Below are positions 29,159-39,082 of a stretch of DNA of 64,000 nt, one piece after another. A program made the position numbers and the translations under genes. The stretch is from NCBI GenBank assembly GCA_963663405.2, contig CAXXSM010000149.1, positions 96,001 through 160,000 of the forward strand. Direction: 5' to 3'. Below the pieces are notes generated by a model. It saw only the letters and a list, made by a program, of their open reading frames with translations, was not told the origin of the DNA and did no database searches. Within the stretch, counting starts at the first letter, position 1; each line of letters begins with the position of its first letter. This stretch comes from a bacterium (GTDB taxonomy: Bacteria; Hinthialibacterota; Hinthialibacteria; Hinthialibacterales; Hinthialibacteraceae).

Positions 29159-32100
29159 ATGATGAAACCAGTATTCCGAATCATTGTAATGTTGTTGACC
29201 TATCTGATATCTTCCCCATATGCAATCTTTTCACAAGATACAGGTAACTGGAATGTATGGACAACGGCGGATGGATTGACGCATACCGCAGTACGAGTTA
29301 TCCGTGTGGGTGATTCGGGCCGTGTGTATATCTCTCCACTCACAGATATTGGAATTAATGTCTATGATGGATATTCCATGATTCAACTTCCAGATCTTCC
29401 AAATGAACTTGCCGTTCTCGAAGGCGCTGAAGGAGAACTCTGGGCTCCTTATCTAATGAATCAGAAAATAGCCGGTGTTCAACAATACAAATATCCATCA
29501 GAAAATATCGCTGGGGGAGAATGGATTGCGCATGAAATTCGGGAAGCTTCTGAAGCCGATTTTTACGATCACCAGTGTAACCGGAATTGGAGCGATTTTC
29601 GTTATCATAAATATGGGAAACTGCTGCCGCTCAAACAAAACCGGATCCTTCTTCTTCTCCCAGACAAATTAATTGAATTTAATTCAGAAACCAAAACGAC
29701 GAAAACCGTATTGCGGGTTGAAGATACGGTTTTAGATCGATTCAACGAGATGGCTCCATCAATGAATGGCAATATTTGGATTGTCGGCCATTACAATATA
29801 ATAAAAGTCGACCGTCTGGCCATTGAAGAATCGACACAACCAACATGCGCGCCATATCTCAATACGCCATTAGATGAAAACTATTTTTTCTTTCGATACG
29901 CCGGTCAATTTTGCCAGTTACCGTTCGAGAATGTCGCTAACGAACTTTTCATGCCCACCACATCTAAAAAAGACCAAGCGTTGTTTGTGGCTCATTTAAA
30001 AAATCATTCTGTCCAGTGGATTAAACCTCAATTTGCCAAGCATGTGCTCGATGGTGTAAGTGGGAACAATGGCAGTTATTGGGTAACCGAATGGGGGCAA
30101 ACCGGCGAGGGCTATCATTTGTTGCAATACAACCATTTCAATGAAGTGATCCAACATCGAGAAGATAAAGGTTGGATTAATGCGGTAGAGCCGAATGAAA
30201 TTTTTTGGGTATGTAATAACGCGGGAATGGAACGTCATGCCCCTTCGCTTTGGCAACCCCTTCCGGCAATGAACAACCACGCGTTAGCTCATACGATCGA
30301 TAAGCAAGGACGGCTGTGGATCGCTTCATTATTAAAACTTTACTGCTATGAAAATGGCATATGGAAAGAGCCGTTTGAATTTCCGAACGATTTCTTTGAT
30401 CCCAAATTGTTTCGTGGAACCTCTTTTCATATACACGATATCGCCTGTTTGCAGGATGGCCGTTTACTCATTCCGACATTTTGTAATATTTTCCTGCTCT
30501 TCGATCCTTCCACTGAGCAGTTTGAAATCATACCTCATCCCGATAAAACACGAAAAATCGGTGAATTTGTTCATCCACGTATGGATGGAACCGCATGGAT
30601 TATCTCTCATGCGTCAGAACAAACCACGATTTTTTCCTTTCAATTAGAAATCTTTGATGGGAAAGAAGCCCGTCCCTTTCTACAAGGCAAAGAAGATTGG
30701 AACATCGGCAGATTATTCGTAATACTCGAATCCAAAAACGGAGATATTTGGTTAGGTGGTAGTCGAGGCGCCGGACTGTATAAATCCGGAGAATACCGGC
30801 TGTTGGATCAAACTTCCGGTTTCCCCGGCAGTGGTGGTCTCGCGATCGCCGAATTACAAAATGGCAATATCTGGATCGCGGACGATACCAGCGTTTATGA
30901 ATTTGATGGTGAGCAATGGACTATAGTCCTCGATGGATTGCAATACGTCGAAAATATATTTCAAAGCAGCGACGGTAGTATTTGGGTAACGACAACAACG
31001 GGTGTTTATCGTTTTTACAACAATTGCTGGATTAAATATACAGAAGAAAATGGTCTTCGCAATTCCATCACCCATTTTACGTTTGAATATCCGCAAGGTC
31101 AAATTTGGATTTCTCAACGATCTGATGGTTTGTGCCAGTTTCATCCTGAAAACGATCCTGATCCACCGGTCGGACTCATTTTGGACAAAAAAAACTTGCG
31201 TCAAATCGCTCCCGGTGGTGACACATTGATTGTCTATTCAGGTATGGATAAATGGAAATACACAAAAACTGAAGAATTGTTGTATCGCTATCGTATCGAC
31301 GCAAGCGACTGGTGTGATTATACGCATGACACTCTCGCCTTTTTCCGTTCGCTCCATTCAGGCAGGCATCGCTTTGAATTGCAAGTCATGGATCAAAATT
31401 TTAACCTCTCAAAATCGATTTTTTGGGATTTCGAAGTCTTATGGCCGTGGTACAAACAATCCATATTTTGGATTTTGTTCTCATTTACTGGAACGATTAT
31501 ACTCCTCCTCCTTGGTTTTCATCTCTTCCATCATTTCAACCTTGAACGCCTTGTCGCTCAACGCACAGAACACCTTTCAAAAGCGAATGAACAACTCCAT
31601 GACAACCAAACTAAACTCCGCACGCTCTCGCAGGAACTCTCGATTGCAGAAGAACGTGAGCGGCGGCAGATTGCAACTGACTTACATGATCAAATCGGTC
31701 AATCGCTGGCGTTGTGTAAAATCCAAACTCAATCCATCCACGCTTTATCCACCGGAACCGGTCTGGAAGACAACTTAATCCAGCTGCGCGATTCCATTCA
31801 TCAAACCATTCAAGACACTCGCTCTCTGACGTTCGAAATCAGCCCTCCTGTTCTGTACGAAATTGGCCTGTCAGCCGCAGTTACGTGGCTTGCACGAAAT
31901 TTGCAGGAAAAATTCGGCTTGGAAATTGTTGTGCAAGAAGACGATCCCTTCGATCAGCTCAACGAAGATCTTCGTTCATTCCTGTTTCGAGCCATTCGCG
32001 AATGCGTTATTAATGCAATCAAACATGCGCAAGCTAAAAAAGTCATCGTGCTTTTAAACCAGGATAAAAACGTTATTAAATTCCGCATTGAGGATGACGG

Positions 32101-32266
32101 CGCCGGTATGAAAGCGGAAAGTGAACGGTCCAGAAAGGGATTTGGGCTTTACGCTATTCAGGAACGCCTTCGCTTGTTGGGCGGAACGTTTACTATTGAT
32201 TCGGTTTTGGGGGAAGGGACAAAAATCTGTATATCAATTCCAGGAAATATTACTATGGAGGAATGA
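29159..32266 (+). CDS. Sensor histidine kinase: periplasmic beta-propellers + Y_Y_Y-like domain + TM + HisKA_3/HATPase
   Basis: WTTADGL, repeated G.IW blades, LYRYRID..W..Y..L.SGRHRFELQVMD, PWYKQ-TM, EERERRQIATDLHDQIGQ, E..NAIKHA, DDGAG, GFGL. Confidence 0.9.
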   Translation: MMKPVFRIIVMLLTYLISSPYAIFSQDTGNWNVWTTADGLTHTAVRVIRVGDSGRVYISPLTDIGINVYDGYSMIQLPDLPNELAVLEGAEGELWAPYLMNQKIAGVQQYKYPSENIAGGEWIAHEIREASEADFYDHQCNRNWSDFRYHKYGKLLPLKQNRILLLLPDKLIEFNSETKTTKTVLRVEDTVLDRFNEMAPSMNGNIWIVGHYNIIKVDRLAIEESTQPTCAPYLNTPLDENYFFFRYAGQFCQLPFENVANELFMPTTSKKDQALFVAHLKNHSVQWIKPQFAKHVLDGVSGNNGSYWVTEWGQTGEGYHLLQYNHFNEVIQHREDKGWINAVEPNEIFWVCNNAGMERHAPSLWQPLPAMNNHALAHTIDKQGRLWIASLLKLYCYENGIWKEPFEFPNDFFDPKLFRGTSFHIHDIACLQDGRLLIPTFCNIFLLFDPSTEQFEIIPHPDKTRKIGEFVHPRMDGTAWIISHASEQTTIFSFQLEIFDGKEARPFLQGKEDWNIGRLFVILESKNGDIWLGGSRGAGLYKSGEYRLLDQTSGFPGSGGLAIAELQNGNIWIADDTSVYEFDGEQWTIVLDGLQYVENIFQSSDGSIWVTTTTGVYRFYNNCWIKYTEENGLRNSITHFTFEYPQGQIWISQRSDGLCQFHPENDPDPPVGLILDKKNLRQIAPGGDTLIVYSGMDKWKYTKTEELLYRYRIDASDWCDYTHDTLAFFRSLHSGRHRFELQVMDQNFNLSKSIFWDFEVLWPWYKQSIFWILFSFTGTIILLLLGFHLFHHFNLERLVAQRTEHLSKANEQLHDNQTKLRTLSQELSIAEERERRQIATDLHDQIGQSLALCKIQTQSIHALSTGTGLEDNLIQLRDSIHQTIQDTRSLTFEISPPVLYEIGLSAAVTWLARNLQEKFGLEIVVQEDDPFDQLNEDLRSFLFRAIRECVINAIKHAQAKKVIVLLNQDKNVIKFRIEDDGAGMKAESERSRKGFGLYAIQERLRLLGGTFTIDSVLGEGTKICISIPGNITMEE

Positions 32267-32925
32267 TGTCGATACGTGTTTTAGTTGTTGATGATCATCA
32301 AGTCGTTCGTGAAGGATTCTGTGCGCTACTGGAAAACCAAGAGGATATGCAAGTCGTGGGTCAGGCCGGCGAAGGCCGCACGGCCATCCAACTCAACCGC
32401 GATCTGCTCCCGCATGTCGTTTTATTGGACATCTCCATGCCTGACATGAACGGTATCGAGGCAGCCCGGCAGATTCACTTGGAATTTCCCGACACAAAAA
32501 TCATCATCCTTTCCATTCATTCCACCAAAGAGTATGTGGAAAAGGCCCTGAAATCTGGTGTGCGGGGATATTTACAAAAAGATTGCGCCTTCGATGAATT
32601 GGTCAATGCCATCCGAACCGTCATGTCGAATCGTATCTATCTCAGTTCCGTTATCACTGACGTGGTTATCGATGATTACCTTAATCCACGAAATTCAGCG
32701 GACAGTACGGATGTTTCTGCTGATGCGCTCACTCCTCGAGAACGCGAAGTTCTCCAACTGATATCCGAAGGGCATTCCTCCAAAGATATCGCGGATAAAC
32801 TCAGTGTCAGCGTAACCACAATCGATAGCCATCGAAAAAAGATCATGGACAAACTCAACATCCACAACCTTGCCCTATTAGTCAAATACGCCATCCGTCA
32901 AGGACTCACTGATCTTGAGCATTAA
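32263..32925 (+). CDS. NarL/LuxR-family response regulator
   Basis: VVDDH, LLDISMPDMNG, LTPREREVLQLISEG..SKDIA.KL.VS..TIDSHR. Confidence 0.95.
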   Translation: MMSIRVLVVDDHQVVREGFCALLENQEDMQVVGQAGEGRTAIQLNRDLLPHVVLLDISMPDMNGIEAARQIHLEFPDTKIIILSIHSTKEYVEKALKSGVRGYLQKDCAFDELVNAIRTVMSNRIYLSSVITDVVIDDYLNPRNSADSTDVSADALTPREREVLQLISEGHSSKDIADKLSVSVTTIDSHRKKIMDKLNIHNLALLVKYAIRQGLTDLEH

Positions 32926-33159
32926 TAATAGAACACGTACTACGCTTTTGCATCGGCGTACTATGCTCGTTAACTGTTTCAATTTAATAACTTGAGATTC
33001 ATAGATATCCGGGATATCCCATTATTACAACAAATCTCCTTTTCGGACAATCAAAAAGTTCAAGTTTTTCATCATTTTGGTCATTGACATGTGAAAAGAA
33101 TAATGAGATTTTGAAATTGGCGAAACAATTAATACGCCAATTTTATTCAATGGAGGAGA

Positions 33160-35043
33160 ATGATGAAAAGAGTATTGAAGTATTGTCCAATTGCGCTCCT
33201 GTTATTATGCCCGTTGATTTCCATGGGACAGACTGAAATGTTCTACGATGATTTCAGTGGCGACCTTGCAAAGTGGCAAGAACTGGGAAACGTGGGAACC
33301 CCCCAAGTGGCGGATGGTGAACTACGCCTCGAATGGGGTTACGCGCCGAACTGGTTTGTCACTAATGATACATTTAATTTTGGTTCGGAAGCGTTGCAAT
33401 TCGATTTCACCTTTGTGGAAGGTGGATACCAGGCAACAGCCAACTACAAACAAAACTATATCCAACCACTGTTGGGCGCCAATGATTTAGAGTCGGATAA
33501 CGGAGCCGTGCGCGCCCGCTTTAGCGCCGACTTCTTCGAATTGGAACGCTACAACGCCGATGGTACTTGGAGCGATATTCCATTTACAAGCGATGAGGAA
33601 AACCTCACTGTCGATCCTGGTGACCGGGTACGCTTTGAAATTGACTCAACCGGTCAAAAAGGTGTGATGTATGTTAATGGAGAATCCGCAATCGCGTTTG
33701 AAACCAACGAAATCCTATCCGGTAGTATCGGATTCCGGGTTGTGACAGATTCTCGAAACGTGATCGTAGACGATGTGTATTTTGCGCAAATTGACGGCGG
33801 CGGCGCTGAAACCGTCATTTTAGACGATTCATTTGAACGCGCTGATGTGGGAGCCGATTGGGTAAATGAAACCCTCGCCGATGACAGCAGCCCCGGTCCC
33901 TTGCTCGCGTTTATTGAAAACGGGCAGTTGCATCTCACCAGTGACGGTTCCGGTGACGCGTGGTTACGCATTGACGCCGACGTGACCTTCGAAGGCGGCA
34001 CAACCGTATTTGAATACACATTTGTTGACTATATCGGAGACAACACCTACAGACCTTCTCCGGTGTTAGGTGTAAAAGCCTATGAATCCGGTATAACCAG
34101 TGGAGTGATCTTGATCGATAACGGTTCCGGCGTTAATTATGGTTTAGTTGATGGAGGATGGGCTCAGGGACAAGCCTCCGAAATCGGCGGGAACCGCAAC
34201 GGTATGAGAGTCCAAATCGTCGTCAATCCCGGCGGCCAATCCGGCCACATAGTCCGCGACGGCATAGAAGGCATCAACTTCTTCAACATCGGACCAACCT
34301 TTTCCGGCGGATTTGCGTTCCGTCTCATTGCCGGCCGGGATATTACTCTCGATGATTTATTTATCTATGCCCTTGAACCGGATGGCGGTAAAACCACATT
34401 GTATGAGGACAACTATAACCGTGATGAGTTAGGGGATGATTGGATTTTGGAAGCGCTCACCCCAGACGCCCCTCCAGGCGCCGTCTTCATTGAAATGGGA
34501 GACTTTGATGGAGACGGTGATAATGAAGTATTATTCGATCATGATGGATCGCTGGATGATGAGTGGATTCGCCTGCAATCCGACCTTCCATTTGGTGGAG
34601 ATAAACCGGTCGTGATTGAAATGACGGTTGTGGAATTCATCGACTATGCGTCGGTCGTTATCGGCACAAACGAATTCAATTCAGAATTGTATGGCCCCAT
34701 TTTGTTGGATAATATGGAATCACCATGGGTAATGGATACACGCGGTGGAAATGTATGGGTTCGTCCCGGCCCGGTCGGAGGATCAAACATTTCCTTAAAA
34801 GTAAATGCTGATGGCCGCAGCGGTTCGTTTCTAGTAAATGATGTTATCATCCGAGATTGGGAATTCGCCGAAGGCGAAGCGCCCATCCCGGTTGGCGCGG
34901 TTGGATTTGAAGATCCATTCGATTCTCCTCACACAAATACTGTCCCGCCGGCTGAACCGGATACGGTCGCCACAGCGGTTTATGATGATGTCCGCGTGAC
35001 GGCGGTTGAAGATACATCGGTCAACAATTGGATGATTCATTAA
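33160..35043 (+). CDS. Secreted acidic protein with three ConA/DUF1080-like repeats, ending in W-tail TSVNNWMIH
   Basis: RBS GGAGG; signal peptide; repeat starts FYDDFS / LDDSFE / YEDNYN and repeat ends GSIGFR..VDDV / GGFAFR..LDDL / GAVGFE..YDDV. Confidence 0.8.
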   Translation: MMKRVLKYCPIALLLLCPLISMGQTEMFYDDFSGDLAKWQELGNVGTPQVADGELRLEWGYAPNWFVTNDTFNFGSEALQFDFTFVEGGYQATANYKQNYIQPLLGANDLESDNGAVRARFSADFFELERYNADGTWSDIPFTSDEENLTVDPGDRVRFEIDSTGQKGVMYVNGESAIAFETNEILSGSIGFRVVTDSRNVIVDDVYFAQIDGGGAETVILDDSFERADVGADWVNETLADDSSPGPLLAFIENGQLHLTSDGSGDAWLRIDADVTFEGGTTVFEYTFVDYIGDNTYRPSPVLGVKAYESGITSGVILIDNGSGVNYGLVDGGWAQGQASEIGGNRNGMRVQIVVNPGGQSGHIVRDGIEGINFFNIGPTFSGGFAFRLIAGRDITLDDLFIYALEPDGGKTTLYEDNYNRDELGDDWILEALTPDAPPGAVFIEMGDFDGDGDNEVLFDHDGSLDDEWIRLQSDLPFGGDKPVVIEMTVVEFIDYASVVIGTNEFNSELYGPILLDNMESPWVMDTRGGNVWVRPGPVGGSNISLKVNADGRSGSFLVNDVIIRDWEFAEGEAPIPVGAVGFEDPFDSPHTNTVPPAEPDTVATAVYDDVRVTAVEDTSVNNWMIH

Positions 35044-35056
35044 AATGGTTTCAAAT

Positions 35057-35097
35057 GGGGGAGGAAACTGATTATGGTTTTCTCCTCTTTTTTTTTT
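35057..35097 (+). terminator. Rho-independent terminator
   Basis: Stem GGGGAGGAAAC / GTTTTCTCCTC followed by T10. Confidence 0.8.
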
Positions 35098-35306
35098 GGA
35101 AAAAATGGTGTGCTATGCAGGATTGCTGGATATATCAAGCGAGGCGGGATTAATCGGTCCATTTTCGTTTTTGTACATAATGCATTTGAGCGCTTTATGC
35201 CTATCCTCGTGAGGTCAAAAAAGTCGACCGAACTGCAATCATCTTTTATTATAAGACTTAGAAAAATGACTTTAACATAGTTTCTTTCCCTATCGTCTAA
35301 AGGAAT

Positions 35307-35894
35307 TTATTGATTCATAATACCCATGCCGGTTATGATTAGATCGCCTAGGCTATTGAGTCCGTTTGATGAATCGTATAAGTAATTTCGGCCTGCTTGA
35401 TTGCGCTCTTTTAAATTCAAGCAAGCGCTCTCTCCCCATGGATATTGCAAAGACCGGTCCGGCGCGAAACTGATAATGACATATCCAACATTATAAATAT
35501 GATAGAAACTGCTTTGTTTATCGGCAAAACGCGCGCTGCCTCCACCATAATCATAAAAATTCCGTATAAAACCACCCTCATCGGAACGTCCGGCTTTACT
35601 GGTGAAATAATCGCGGAAAATCTCAAGGTTATTCACATACGCTATTGGGCTAGTCAAAACGCGATAAGAAAGAGTTTCGTCATTCGGGCCGGTAACATCT
35701 GGGGGATAATCATTGTTATCCAAGTAATATAATTCCATTGCAGTGGAGATTGCCTTAAAATCAGCTTTGACTCTTGATACACCCGCTCGAACTTGAGCGT
35801 TTAAAAAGTTGGGAACAGCAATTGCCGCTAAGATACCAATGATGGCGACCACAATCAATAATTCGATCAGAGTAAACGCACCCGGTTTTTTCAT
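35307..35894 (-). CDS. Prepilin-type N-terminal cleavage/methylation protein, paralog 3
   Basis: PGA|FTLIELLIVVAIIGILAAIAVPNF; YYLDNNDYPP; LTSPIAYV; APD; YDSSNGLNSLGDL. Confidence 0.88.
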   Translation of the reverse strand: MKKPGAFTLIELLIVVAIIGILAAIAVPNFLNAQVRAGVSRVKADFKAISTAMELYYLDNNDYPPDVTGPNDETLSYRVLTSPIAYVNNLEIFRDYFTSKAGRSDEGGFIRNFYDYGGGSARFADKQSSFYHIYNVGYVIISFAPDRSLQYPWGESACLNLKERNQAGRNYLYDSSNGLNSLGDLIITGMGIMNQ

Positions 35895-36014
35895 TCTAAC
35901 CTCCCTTCCAAATGGAATTATTTTTTATTCGAGTTTTTAGACCTTACGCGGTTCAATTTCGTGAGATTTCAAACTATTGGTGATAGTATAAAATGATTAT
36001 GAATTCATTGTTTG

Positions 36015-37911
36015 TTATTCAGTAGTAAATCTGAATGGAGGCCCCCATTTCCCCTGGACTTCCCGGCTGTCTATGGCTTTTACCCGCCAATAATAGGTTG
36101 TATTTCGGTTGAGCCAGCCATTATCCAATTTCCATTCCGGTTTGCCCGATTTTGTTTCTCTCAGCAGAGACGTTGATACTGGCCAGCGGCATTTTGGATC
36201 CAATGAGATCATAATACAATAACCGGCGATTTCATCTTGGGAGTCCAAATCTTCGGCGGGGTGCCACTTGAACAGTGGAGCTAGAGAGTTCCCGGAACTT
36301 CCATCCTGGGGAGCGATCGCTTGCTGCGGCGCCTGTGGAGGATGATTATCCGAGCGTTCTCGCCAGATATGGGTGATCTTCACCTTATGGGAACCGGGAG
36401 TCTCATCTCGATAACGGATAACATTCTTCCCTAAAGAAAGGGCGGGTAGCGAATTGGGCGCGCACTGGATATCGGTTGTCATTTCAAGCGATTCCACTCC
36501 TGTTTGAGTGGGAGGATTATTCTTTTCGTTGGCGGTAAACTCGAAGCGGACAGCGTAATGGCGCCGGCCCCGTTCTCCCGTGGGATAAAGCAGCTCATCC
36601 AAGTTAACGTCAACATCCATGTTTCCTGTTACTCCAGATGGCGCCCACCAAACCGTTTGCCGGTCCACGCCGCGTGGATGATTGCTAGCCAAGACCGAAA
36701 TGCGGTCCCATTGTGTGGCGGCGCCGCGGTATACACGGGCTTTGAGCCCGCCACCGATAATCGTATAGGGCGTGTGGACCGAAAACATGGCGAAGGAGGG
36801 AACATCATAGATTCCCCCGTGTTTATGCTTCACATGAATCGCTGGTTCGAGTCCGTCTTCAGAGGAAAACATGGTATAATATTCAGGCTCTAACTCGGGT
36901 ATCTCCCCGCCAAGATAGGATCGGGAGTCTTTCCGTTTTAGATCCGGCTTCCAAATGATTTGGCCGTGTCCGGGACGAATCGGTTTTCTCCACGGTTGTG
37001 GATCTCTCTCATAATTGGCATTATGCCTTTTGTAGTCGTAAAAGACCGGCCTTCCCTTCCAATGACGTATCAGTTTCTCATTGGGCCGCAAGGTCATCGC
37101 CATGGTGTGTGGTTCATACGTATAATAATCGTAATACTCTTGAACGTAGCAATGGTCATCATAAAAGTAGCGGATACCCCTTTGCCGCTCCCCGTCCTGA
37201 TATTCATAAACCGGTTGGCCCTCGATATCGGTATAGACCGCGCGCAGGCACTTGTTGCGGCCGGAGAATTTCGTCAAAGTGGCGTTCTCAACTTTACCGC
37301 CCGATATTTTCTGATCTGCCCAGAGTTGTTCGATCGAGGCCACGGTCCGGTTGTCATTCATTAAATAATAGAGTTCGATGTCGCTGTCGATCATGTGCCA
37401 GGCATTGTTGTACCAATACTCGTTAACCGTATGATGCCACACTTCCCACACGCGGGCCTTCATGCCAAGCGCCCGCGCCAGGGCCACTGATGTGGCGGAA
37501 TGAAAAGCGCAATTGCCATAGCCGTATACATTAAAAAAAAACAACCGGATTGAGCGCTTCCCGATCACCGGGTGGCGAGAGATGCTGGGACTGGGCTCGG
37601 ACAAAATTAAAAATCGCGAACGCACGCTCCTCATCGGTTTGGCATCCTCTCGTGGCCTCCCGCGCGATGGATTCGGTGTCGAACCAGTCATAGCGATCAT
37701 TGACGGTGATTCGTGGATTCACAATCGGTTTCTCTCCCAGATTCTCGATGATAATTGTTTCATTCACCGGATCTCGAAATCCGTCCACCTCGATCTCGTA
37801 GGTATAGTCATTCACCGTGATAATTTGGCTGTGCTCTTTTGTGAAGGCAATACTCGCCGCGAAAAGAAGTAAACTAAAAATAAGAGCCAGATACATTGTT
37901 GTACGATTCAT
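36015..37911 (-). pseudogene. Secreted transglutaminase-like protein with C-terminal FN3-like domain, frameshifted at a T9 tract
   Basis: ORF 37531-37911 (signal peptide, ends LNPVVFF*) and ORF 36015-37700 (FNVYGYGNC..HTVNE..WHMIDSD; TYYWRVKAID) join if one base of the A9 run at 37533-37541 is removed. Confidence 0.7.
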
Positions 37912-37983
37912 AACAAATCACCCTAAAAAATGAGATTGGTATTTATTCATCTACTATACGCCTGTTTCCATACACGGTTATTC

Positions 37984-39075
37984 CTAATCCAGCGAATCGA
38001 TCCAGGGCCGTTCCATAATCCACTTTTCATTCAATTCGGCGTGCTTGATATGAGTCCGCCGGAATGTATAGGTTACATGGATTCGGTCATCCGGGCTTTG
38101 CGCGAGAGCCGGGTAAGAAAAGCGGCCGGGACCGTTTTCCAGTGTCCGCTTGTACTTCCAGGTCCGGCCATCATCAAGCGATAACGCCAGGCAAAGAGGT
38201 GAGCGAGTTTCGTGGCTGTCATTAAAGGCCAGTACGACATGGCCGCTTTGGAGTTTAAGAAGTTCGATGGCGGATGATGGATTTTTTATGTTTGTTCGTT
38301 TGGCTTCAGTCCATGTGCGGCCGCTATCGAAAGACTCGCATTGCCAAAGAAAACGGTCAGTGGGATCGCGGTCATAAGGACGCATATAAGCCAGCAGGGA
38401 ACCGTCCGAACGCTGGAATAGCGCCGGTTCATTGTTTCCGGGATTCGTGCGGACCAGGTTTGTTCTTTTCCAAGTTTTTCCATGATCTTCAGAATATATA
38501 AATACTGTCTGGGCGCGTGATAACTGCAGTTTCGGCGAGTCGCGCGTCAAAGCAGGGATCACAATCGTTCCATTCTGGAGGCGAATGATCCGGTTTCGAA
38601 GAGTCCAACCCGGCTCGTTTATAAACGGCTCTGGTTGGGTCCAAGTTTCACCCTCGTCGGTTGATCTCATCCATAGTATTTTTGCCCAAGGAAAACCCGT
38701 CCGGTAAAATAGCCACAGTTCATCACGGGATGGCATGAAAAAGACTGGATTGCCCTCCGTGGAGTTCGGTGTATCAGCCAGAATCACAGGAGATTCCCAT
38801 CTATCCTTACCCGGCAGGCGGCGCGCGCCTCGTATCACCAGATCTTTACCGGCCTCTTCCGATCCGTTCCACCAGGCGGCGATCAAACTTCCGTCAAGCA
38901 GCGCGTACACCTGCGAGGAATGGCAGCGGGGAAATCGCATCGTAGGCGCGCTTATCATTTGCGCTTTGTAGAATGGTGTTTCATTCAAAGCGTAAGCAGA
39001 GAATTGCATGCGTGATTTAGAATACGCCGATGCCAATAAGAAAAAAACGATGATCCATTGGATTGAATACCGCAT
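37984..39075 (-). CDS. Secreted BNR/Asp-box sialidase-like (GH33-like) protein
   Basis: Asp-boxes STDEGETW, SEDHGKTW, SFDSGRTW, SLDDGRTW; EGNPV; FSYP. Confidence 0.85.
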   Translation of the reverse strand: MRYSIQWIIVFFLLASAYSKSRMQFSAYALNETPFYKAQMISAPTMRFPRCHSSQVYALLDGSLIAAWWNGSEEAGKDLVIRGARRLPGKDRWESPVILADTPNSTEGNPVFFMPSRDELWLFYRTGFPWAKILWMRSTDEGETWTQPEPFINEPGWTLRNRIIRLQNGTIVIPALTRDSPKLQLSRAQTVFIYSEDHGKTWKRTNLVRTNPGNNEPALFQRSDGSLLAYMRPYDRDPTDRFLWQCESFDSGRTWTEAKRTNIKNPSSAIELLKLQSGHVVLAFNDSHETRSPLCLALSLDDGRTWKYKRTLENGPGRFSYPALAQSPDDRIHVTYTFRRTHIKHAELNEKWIMERPWIDSLD

Positions 39076-39082
39076 TTGAACC

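Noticed and set aside
37543-37700. N-terminus of the 561-aa ORF 36015-37700 as an independent gene start
   Set aside because: Out-of-frame read-through; the real N-terminus with signal peptide is in ORF 37531-37911.
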